A stretch of 64,000 bases of DNA from Methanobacteriota archaeon (GTDB lineage Archaea > Thermoplasmatota > E2 > DHVEG-1). The notes under the pieces were generated by a model. That model was not told the DNA's origin. It saw only the letters and a program-made list of their open reading frames with translations, and made no database searches. The DNA lies in contig JAZDGT010000038.1 of NCBI GenBank assembly GCA_043806635.1, positions 14,641 to 78,640 of the forward strand. The letters are read 5' to 3'. Made by a program: the position numbers and the translations under genes. Shown here piece after piece: positions 31,101-39,200 of this stretch. Each line of letters begins with the position of its first letter. Within the stretch, counting starts at the first letter, position 1.

Positions 31101-33025
31101 ATGCCGCAGTTTCTATTATTTATAATGATATTATTAGAAATGAAATTGTGACTAGAACCCTCCATGTATATCGCGACGATATTGTTCACCATTTTATTTC
31201 CGACAATGATATTATTGTCAGAATCGATTCCCCATCTCCCACTCTCCACTCCTGAATCACCATAGATATAGTTTCCACTATTTTGCATGGTAAAACCACT
31301 AATGTTCACACCACTACTTGTCCTGAGAGCAATCGCACTAGCAACCCCATTAGCATCAATTATGGTACCATCCCTATTTTCCCCGCGAAGTTTAATTGAT
31401 TTGTTGACAATCACATTTTCATAATACGTCCCATTGAACACAAATACAGTACCTCCAACACGTACACCAACTAAACTATGCTGAATACTATTAAAATGAT
31501 CATAATCCCATCCTGGTGTTGATTCATTATAATCATCGTCGACATATACGATCTCATACAAATATCTCTCAGTAGTAAATCGCCAAATAGGACTTATCGA
31601 AAAGGAACCATGATTATCCCAAGCTTTAACCATCCAATAGTACAAAGTACTATAATTCATTGGCCCAGGATCATATGTTAATTCAGATTGATTATTTACA
31701 ACCTGTGGCGGAGGATAAATGGTTCCAAAATAAACATCGTAGGTCACGATATCATCAGGATCAGGATCACCACCAAACCAGCTTAAATTCATAGTGACGT
31801 TCACACCAGTTGCATTATCCTGCGGAAGAGGTCCACCAGAGATATACGGCGGATAATTATCCCCAGGAAATTGTTCTTCATACCCAAACAATACGAACGA
31901 ATCAGGATCATTCATATTCTTATATTCAGTAGAAATCCATGGATAACTCCGCGTAACATTTGATATACGTACCTCGTCAATCCTTCCATTAAAAAAATAT
32001 TCACTCATAGGATTCCATTTTCCAATACTTGCACAATCTACTTCTGGAGCTGGAGCCACTCGCGTAGTACTGTTTCCTTTCCATACACCATCAACAAACA
32101 AACGATGTTGATCATTCTGATTACATACACCAACAACATGATGCCAATGATCATCACGATATTCCCCCCCAGGAGAAAAATCAACTTGTTGACCAGCATT
32201 ATTTCTTATATTCCATCGAAGAGTACCCCCACTAAAATAAAGCTGCACCCGGACAGCTGTATCACCTGATCTCCCCTGATACACCATCGTCATATCATTA
32301 TCAGTCGAAGATGTATTAAACCAACATTCAAACGTAAACGGATACTGCTCCACCGTCCCCATATCCGGAAGAGCAACATAATCATCCACCCCATCAAAAC
32401 CTGACCCACTGGATATCTTCCCCTCTGAACCATACGTGACACCACCCGATTGCACGCCATCATTATGATAGAACGTAGAATCAAAAAACGTTCCAGCCGA
32501 CTCTTCAAAATGTTGCACAAGATGAAAATCAGCATCCCAGGTATTCTCCATATTTTGCTGATTATCACAGGATGGGTTCCCATAATACATAATAAAAAAA
32601 GTGTCAAGGGAATCACTTAACGTTGGTACATTCACCCACGCAACAAGCTCACCCGACATCGAATTATATGATTCAATCTCGTGATTCATTTTCGATCCAT
32701 TCGTCATGATAAAAACAATATCACCACCATCAGATTGAACTTTTGTTGGGTCTACTATTGTTTTTATTAAGACGGGATAGTTTGATAGTGAACCATCCAC
32801 TTTTGTATGATTAATAAGCACCATTTTCCTGTATTGCCAGCTTTCATTCCACCACGTACTTCGCTCATTCGTGAATGAATAAATAAACGATGATTGTTCA
32901 GCAACCGAATTGTTCTGAACCGTTTGTTTTGTATTAGAACTCGTGGCAGGCAAAACATTTGTGCCGATTAATAAGAGAACAACGAGTATCATCACACTGT
33001 TCTTGCATACCTTTATCTTATTCAT
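25115..33025 (-). CDS. Giant secreted surface/adhesin-like protein 1 (2636 aa)
   Basis: Signal peptide. Two WWN.sWqYRK...LNHEIESY (DUF2341-like) plus LamG-like modules (~31873-32857 and ~27720-28696). FN3-like units (GGDPDPDD..TYDVY..YYW.v.AWDNHG). Two parallel beta-helix (NosD/PbH1-like) repeat tracts. PKD-like units (WDWGD/EFSDG). Three H-type-lectin-like units (...WIA.YP..Y, ~29290-30040). C-terminal module shared with giant 2. Very many N-x-S/T sequons. Confidence 0.85.
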   Translation of the reverse strand: MNKIKVCKNSVMILVVLLLIGTNVLPATSSNTKQTVQNNSVAEQSSFIYSFTNERSTWWNESWQYRKMVLINHTKVDGSLSNYPVLIKTIVDPTKVQSDGGDIVFIMTNGSKMNHEIESYNSMSGELVAWVNVPTLSDSLDTFFIMYYGNPSCDNQQNMENTWDADFHLVQHFEESAGTFFDSTFYHNDGVQSGGVTYGSEGKISSGSGFDGVDDYVALPDMGTVEQYPFTFECWFNTSSTDNDMTMVYQGRSGDTAVRVQLYFSGGTLRWNIRNNAGQQVDFSPGGEYRDDHWHHVVGVCNQNDQHRLFVDGVWKGNSTTRVAPAPEVDCASIGKWNPMSEYFFNGRIDEVRISNVTRSYPWISTEYKNMNDPDSFVLFGYEEQFPGDNYPPYISGGPLPQDNATGVNVTMNLSWFGGDPDPDDIVTYDVYFGTIYPPPQVVNNQSELTYDPGPMNYSTLYYWMVKAWDNHGSFSISPIWRFTTERYLYEIVYVDDDYNESTPGWDYDHFNSIQHSLVGVRVGGTVFVFNGTYYENVIVNKSIKLRGENRDGTIIDANGVASAIALRTSSGVNISGFTMQNSGNYIYGDSGVESGRWGIDSDNNIIVGNKMVNNIVAIYMEGSSHNFISNNIIINNRNCGINMRSSNSGNTISNNTFESNGGDGVYAFSSGGNIFMNNVFSNNTGNGLSFTESSSNYVIQNYFFNNNRCVSIGARSVNHFIYQNMFLNSREGGVILESGTSNNHVYHNNFVNNNINARDSNLYNVWDDGFPDGGNYWDDYTGHDTDFDGLGETPHNISGGSRQDRYPLIYEWGKNRPVANFSYIISNFTVMFNATSSYDRDGLIEWYHWEFSDGTNSTGVCPIHNYSQYDQYLVELTIGDNDGYQQTHIEIINVTGINDPPIKPTIIGPSVLNKDEEYSYYFMTNDPNLDDVYYYIDWGDNSSSEWIGPYHSDFMITVNHTWFTMDTFSLKVKAKDIYNDESQWNTQNVTTESGLIIKTGNGVFDNDDYISYNFHFPIPPRVVTCANSIDTEKPVISCPLNVTTDGFRLALIDHNGVEVQNVQVFWIAMYPDEYSNSQELRIEAGYGLHSDHTTIYFNHSFPASPVVLTNGNVDGVPIISNVKDAQATNFIIILNDHDNHPVYNAMVYWIAIYPNQYVDLQSNLKIESRCSFIRDQTVVSYTIQFPSSPHVVTNAERSTASSISYPLSSSSSGFTISIMEYQGNFGGTAWVSWIAAYPDKYDQMAPTVPNIPDGPTLGSPNNLYNYSTSSFDPYDENIMYGWDWDGNDIVDEWTGEYQSGIIVNTPHSWSTPGVYTVKVKAKNTYGHESDFSPALQVVITNPPYPPSNPDPINGSVNVNIDTYLNWTGGDPDPEDTVTYDLYYGIEFPLSKEISNQTTTIYYPETTVYNTTYYWRVIAWDNHGMSTSGPFWSFTTEEAGYEGPWWNTNWQYRKSISINHMKVDSNLFNFPIFVHTTLDTSHVQPDGDDIVFTTNDGSQLNHEIESYSDLTGELFAWVNIPYLPQSHDIVLYLYYGNKFCMNQQNVEGTWDAGYHLVQHFEEPSGVLSDSSRHHNDGIQSGGIMYNEEGKIGTAVGFDGSNDYVNLPDMGTVEQYPFTFECWFRTGSTDNSMTMVYQGDSSDSSKRAQIYFGSGLLRWNIRNGGQEAEITPAGQYRDSAWHHAVGVSYSRTDHRFFIDGVWRGNNTNVVDAPLVNRASIARWDAVSTYLYGGLLDEIRISNTTRSYAWISTEYKNQNDPDSFTTFGEEEELHIQSIVYVDDDASPEWYDETHVRTIQEGINNATTGDIVFVYNGIYYEHLVINKTINLTGEDKNNTIIDSEESGAGIRITVDGVHISTFTISNSWYGVYPHNSNNNTISDNVFINTTTGIFLSSSENNTIIKNIYLNIFEGIHLGSANNTIIENIFVHTGLFVFSLEKNIVFNNTVNDKPLIYLMNVSDTILDEIVGQIILLDCYNITIQNQDLSNTTVGIELLNTHNSSISGISLKNNGFGIYLIQSDNNFFMELIMSNNSCGANIYLSDRNNISKSNILSNSEFGIGIQASDNNTLINNTLSSNGYGIYCYDSDINQIIENTLSENGIAIFLGASNNNTISKNKITENIQGIDLTDNSYTNVIFHNNFINNTRDAIDPYSNSWNLEYPSGGNYWSDYDGSDRFSGPNQNISGGDGIGDIPYNITGDNNIDMYPLMKPWGFSISGVCHYVNMTPVDNLVVNIVNLNTGQRWQAETINHHYARIFDVGDIINISDPLRIIAKDDEENINVSEHIVTRNDLLSGCIHLDLILDIHYRDLKSFPYYLSQVDSGAMVMKQMLDYCMWNNTIYPQPQDLYNEQIFYDNYSGGDRINTSELCGGLNTEINDYQNGWIYGYFFNPSAHDQAVDALKSAVIWLDYNISGSNEHRIVDAPKLGHPYHVPIAVPTGGDYNHWMVIRGIHTNRSMWDTSIPGDHELLNGPVTIYGFWVNDPSTGGLGDNTYVTAEYFTNTYFQRLNVPDDYYDNKYVVITDPPQNSPPVDTTLLTLNTAKPHGFTKDEIKQVQTTQKNKQTTQLNNIYISKAQQLVHDVLRYDPTELDQTFTESAVLKTPTYTVNTMIIVFNHPNGTVFTVSLNKTTGELNQFTIK
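25134..26400. repeat. 3'-terminal repeat copy A, shared by the two giant genes
   Basis: Aligns to 33241-34505 at a constant offset of 8107 nt. Nearly identical over the first ~470 nt, with only scattered substitutions by eye, then progressively more diverged. Confidence 0.8.
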
Positions 33026-33092
33026 TTGTTTCCCCCAGATAGAATAGTAGGAATTAATAGATGTTCATAACTATAAACATTTCGTTATAAAA

Positions 33093-33112
33093 ATTGATAC
33101 AATTGTATCAAT
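33093..33112. promoter_or_regulatory. 20-nt perfect palindrome upstream of giant gene 1
   Basis: ATTGATACAATTGTATCAAT, checked by hand to be self-complementary. It abuts a TTATAAAAAT TATA-like element about 60-70 nt upstream of the ATG. Confidence 0.55.
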
Positions 33113-33200
33113 AATTAAAATAAGAATTAGAAACAATCTCAGTATGTATAATACCTAATTTCTTTTCTTTTTTTTATTTTTTGAAAAACCAAATATCACT

Positions 33201-36200
33201 TTATTTTTTTATTTGATTTTTTTCATTTATTGAAAATTGTTTGAGTTCACCAGTTGTTTTGTTTAGAGAAACCGTGAAAACGGTGCCATTCGGATGATTA
33301 AAGATTATAATCACAGTGTTTCCCTTGTAGGTTGGTGTTTTGAGAACAGTGGACTCTGTAAACGTTTGATCTAATTCTGTGGGGTCGTATCGTAATACGT
33401 CATGAACCAGTTGTTGTGCTTTACTGATGTAGATAGTATTGAGTTGGGTTGTTTGTTTGTTTTTCTGGGTGGTTTGCACTTGTTTTATCTCATCTTTTGT
33501 GAATCCTTGTGGGTTGGCTGTATTCAATGTTAGCAGAGTTGTGTCTACTGGTGGACTATTTTGTGGTGGATCTGTGATCACTACGTATTTGTTGTTGTAG
33601 TAATCCCCTGGTGTGTTTAATGGTTGGAAATACGCGGTGGTGAAGTACTCTGCGGTGACATAGGTGTTTTCACCTAATCCGCCCGTACTTGGGTCATTCA
33701 TCCAGAATCCATAGATCGTGATCGGGCCGTTGATCAGGTGATGATCACCTGGTACACTGGAGTCCCACATGCTGCGGTTCGTGTGTATCCCACGGATCGT
33801 CATCCAGTGATTATAGTTCCCACCAGTTGGTACTGCGATGGGGACGTGATACGGGTGACCAAGTTTTGGGACATCAACGAGTCTATGCTCGTTTGATCCG
33901 CTGATGTTGTAGTCCAGCCAGATGACCGCGCTTTTTAACGCATCCAGTGCCTGGTCTTGTGCTGATGGTGAGAAGAAGTACCCGTAGATCCACCCGTTCT
34001 GATAATCGTTTATTTCGGTGTTCAACCCACTGCAGAGTTCACTGGTGTTGATCCAGTCTCCGCCACTGTAGTTGTTGTAGATGGTTTGCTCGCTGTAGAG
34101 GTCTTGTGGTTGGGGGTAGATGGTGCTGTTCCACATGAGGTAATCCATCATTTGTTTCATCACCATCGCGCCACTGTTCACTTGCGATAGGTAGTATGGG
34201 AAGTGTTTCAAATCCCGGTAGTGGATATCAAGCACAGGATTTATAGTGATGATTCCTTCTTCGAAATCAGATACTGTGGTAATATAATCAGTGACATTCA
34301 CTGATTCGTTTTGGTCCCGTGCGATGATTCTCAGAACATCTCCCACTGTTATCTGAGTGTCTCTCAAAAGTTCCAAACTATAGTAATTACCATTGGTGTC
34401 TGCCATCCAGTGCAATCCAGCGTTTAAGTTGATGATCTCTACGTTTACTGGGTTCACCTCGTACCCGTTTCTATAGGAACAATATCCATTAATGATGATC
34501 GGAGTTGGAATCCCAATTTGAAAACTCAACACAGGCGTACAATTTTTATTTCCACTCAAGTCAACATAGAAAATTCTCCAACCAACCGTGGTTCCATTAG
34601 GTATCTCAGGGTTTTGCCAAGTGAAGTTCGTCCACACCCATTCACCAGGTCCCGTGTAGAGATCCATCGGTGAACCGTAGGCATAGACACTTTTCGTCTC
34701 ATCACCAACACTTGTGAATACCGTTGGCTGAGTTATCATGTTATATTCTGTTCGTATCCACGTGTTGTTTCGGGCACTATTTGAGACGTGGATCTCGTCG
34801 ATTTTTCCGTTCATCCAATAGCTATTCAAGTTAGACATACCAATGTCAAATCCGGTTGCAGGATTCACTGTACCCGTGAAGAATGTACCAGCTTCATATA
34901 CACCGTTGACAAAAATATCTAATAAATTCGTATCCGCGTTCACTCGAGAGCAGACGTAATACCATTGTGGGTTCGACGGATTTACAGCAGTATGACTATA
35001 ACAGACTGGGACACTACTTGCTGTGCGCGTCCGTGCTTTAAATGTTTCATTGGTCCAGACGAGTAACGAGACGCTTACGTCACTGTGACTCTCAAATAGG
35101 TATTTGCGTTGTCCTGCATTCCCATCAACATAGACCCATGCACTCGCGGTATGAGAACCATCAGTTAATAATTGGAATGCATCAGCTTTCAAATAATCGT
35201 TGACACCGTCGAAATCAACGCAGGTGCCTATTTTCCCTGGTTGATTAAATAATGGATTCCCACCTGCGCTGGTGATATCCCAATGATTACTTGTACTATC
35301 CTTCAAATTGGGTATCCCTACCCCGTCAAGATGATGTACCATTGCATACCCGTTACTCCAAGCGCCCTCTGAATTTTCTTGATTCGCACAATTTGGATTT
35401 CCATAGTACAGATACAATACGGTATCAGTAGTTGGACTCAAAAACGGTACTTTCACCCAAACGACCAACTCACCAGTCGTACTATTATACGATTCAATTT
35501 CGTGGTTCAATTGGACAGTATTTGTCTGATCAATAAAGACAAAATCATTACCGTTCTCCTGTGCATGGTTAATGAAATTCGGTGATGTTGTTGAGATAAA
35601 GACGGGGAAATCCGTTAGAGAACCCGGGATAAGGGTATGATTGATTAGAATTGGTTTCTGATATCTCCAGTTTGTATTCCACCATTCTCCACCAGAATAA
35701 TTAAACCAGTATCCTGACTCGTTTGTTGATAGATACGCGTAATCAAGACCTGCATTGTCTCTCCCCTGAGAATATAAGGAATTATATGTTCCTGGCGGGA
35801 CGAGTGTGTGATTTTGTCCTTGATTTCGCCATTCTGGTGGCGTGATATCAATAGTTTTAAACCACCAGATTGGTCCGCTTGTACTGAGGTTGTCAGGAGA
35901 TTTATCCCAAGCAGTAATCTGCCAGTAATATGTCGTATTATAGTTCATCGTTTCAGGATTATATGTTGTCGTGGTTTGATTTGAAACCATCTTTAGGGGC
36001 GGATTAATAGTACCAAAATAGACGTCATAGGTGACTCTGTCACCCATATCTGGGTCTCCTCCTATCCAGTTGAGATTTGCCTCTACGTCCACATTGATGG
36101 TGTGATTATCAGGGTGTGGATTGCTTGGTTGGTACGGTGGGTGGTCCGTTGTGAAACACCAAAGTGGGCTTCTCGTTGATACATTATGATTATCCCAGGC

Positions 36201-39200
36201 AATAATCCTCCAATAATACGTTGTTCCAGAGAGGAGTAACCCAGGATCGTACATGGTACTGGTTTGATTTGATACATTTTTCTGTGGCGGGTTAGTGGTT
36301 CCAAAACAGACATCATACGTTATGGTATCGCCATAGTCTGGATCAGTTGAAGGTGACCAACTTAGATCGGTATTGAATGAAATGTTGATAGAGTTATTTA
36401 TTGGATGGGGGTTACTCGGTTGGGTAGGTGGGCTGTCCTGTTTTGTTGTAAAATGCCAGAGAGGACCAATAGTGGAAGCATTATACATGTCCCAGGCGAT
36501 AATTCGCCAATAATACGTGGTATTAAAATTAAGAATCCCGGGAGTATATGTTGTTTGAGTCTGATTACTACTGACTTTTTGCACTGATGGGGTTACTCCA
36601 AGGAATACATCATATGTGCAACTATCTCCATGGTTTGGATCACCGCCATTCCAAGTCAGTATGCTATTTGTTCGAACGTCAGTTGATTCATTCGCGGGAT
36701 TTGGATTGTTTGGGACACGTGGTGGAAAGTTTTCGTATGGCCCAAAACAATACAGTTTACTGTCACGTGATCCCACGTAGACTTTCCCGTTGGCAACTGC
36801 AGGGGAAGAATAAACAGTGAAACCAGTGGTATAGTTCCAAATCTTTTCTCCAGTAGTTGCGTTTAGACAATACACATTGTGATCATACGATCCAATGTAG
36901 ACTTTCCCATCAGCAACAGCAGGGGACGAGGATATACTCGCACCGGTTGTATAATTCCAGATTTGTTCCCCAGTTGAGGCATTTAGACAATACACCTTAT
37001 AACTTGCTGATCCAATGTAGACTTTCCCATCAACAACCGCGGGAGACGAATGAATCCAGTCAAAAGTGTTGTAATTCCAAATCTTAGCTCCAGTAGTTGC
37101 GTTTAGACAATACACATTGTGATCATACGATCCAATGTAGACTTTCCCGTTGGCAATGGCCGGGGATGATGTAACATCACCGCCTGTAGTGTAATTCCAT
37201 ATCTTTTCCCCAGTTGTTGCATTAAAGCAATATACGTTATTATCATCTGATCCAATGTAGACTTTCCCGTTGGCAACCGCTGGGGAAGAATAAATAGTGA
37301 AACCGATGGTGTAATTCCAAATCTTTGCCCCTGTTGATGCATTTATGCAGTATAATGCTCTGTTTGAACCAAAATACACTTTTTCATCGGCAACAGTTGG
37401 AGAAGACCATACTACGTGATTTGTGGTGTATTGCCAAATCCAATCTCCCGTGGATGCATTCAGGCAATACAAGTGTCCATCATCTGATCCAATGTAGACT
37501 TTTCCCTTGTAAACCACAGGGGAAGAATCCACACAATCGTACGTCCCATACGTCCAAATCTGTTCCCCAGTTGATGCATTTAAGCAATACACTCTATTGT
37601 TTGATGATCCAAAATACACTTTATTATTTACAGTAGCAGGTGATGAATAAATAGAAATTATTGCAGAATAATTCCATATTACCGTGTTTGTCTCTGGTGC
37701 AGTTGATGTGGAATATCCACTATGATATTGATCATGGTGAAACATCGACCACCAATCAATTTCAGGTTCATTCCAGCCATAAGGTTGCATAAAGGGGTAA
37801 CGATCTTGATTAACTCCACCAGAAATATTGTAGGGTGTATCACCAATCCCATCTGAATAATTCATATTTTGATTTGGCCCTGAAAAAAGATCACTACCAT
37901 TATAATCGTCCCAGTAATTCCCACCAGATGGATATCCGTCATCCCAAAGGTTATTTCCTAAACCTGAGAAGATATTTGCATTTATGGTATTATTAATAAA
38001 ATTGTTATGGTAAATTATGTTATTATTTGAACTTCTAAAATACATACCGACATAATTATTTACTACTAAATTTTCGAATAACTTGTTATCCTCTGAGTTA
38101 TAAATATTGAATCCATAGCCAGAACCATTTACCGCGCAAATATTCCTATAGATACTATTATTTGAAGAATTCATCAGCATTATTCCTGAATACCAAATTA
38201 CATTATTTATTACATTATTATAGATAAAATTATGATGTGAATTAGAGACAAAACATCCTGCCCATAAATTATCACCAAAAGTATTTTCCCGTATTGTACT
38301 AAATGAACAAAAATGAAGCTGTACACCAACAACCGTTCCTGAAAAATCCAAATCCTCTATAGTTATATTTGTACAGTTTGCTAAAATTACCTGTCCCGCA
38401 TCATTTGGAACAACGAGATTATTTTGGTTTTTATAATAACGTATCGGTTTAAAATTCACATAATTATTTTCAATAGTGTGCGTAGTGAAATGATCTATTG
38501 ATTCCCCACGAATAATGATTCCTGAATGATTAAACAAGTTATTCACAATAGTCAAATTTGAAGACGATTCAATATACAATCCTTCACATAAATCCAAGAT
38601 GATATTATTTTGAATCTCATTATTATTTGAATTTATAATGCAAATAGGTGTTGCTATATACTCAAACCTATTATCTTCGACAACATTGAAAAAAGAATGA
38701 TCGAGTACGATACCACACATGTTCGACGCACCCTTACCGTCTGTATTAAAACCAACAATATTTCCAGAAACAATATTATAGCTTGAGTTTACTATTTCGA
38801 TATTTGTTTCGGTATTATTTACAATGTTGTCAATAATTATGTTACTGTCGCTCGCAATGAATATCCCTGAATCATCCATTGTGTCTCCGCCATTTTGAAT
38901 AGTGAACCCCGAAACAATGACCATGGGGGAAATAATTCTCATCACCGTATCTCTACTACCATCTATAATTGTGTTATTTTTATCTTCACCAATCAGGTTG
39001 ATTGTTTTGTTTACGATTACATTTTCATTGTATGTTCCCGTATGCACATATATGATATCATGAATTGAAGCACGGTTTATTCCTTCTTGAATTGTGCGTA
39101 CATGGGTTTCATTGTACCAGGTTGGATCTGCATTGTCATCAACATAGATATCAGCTGGAGGAATGATTCCCCAGGGCATCATCAGAGGATAGTTATCTTG

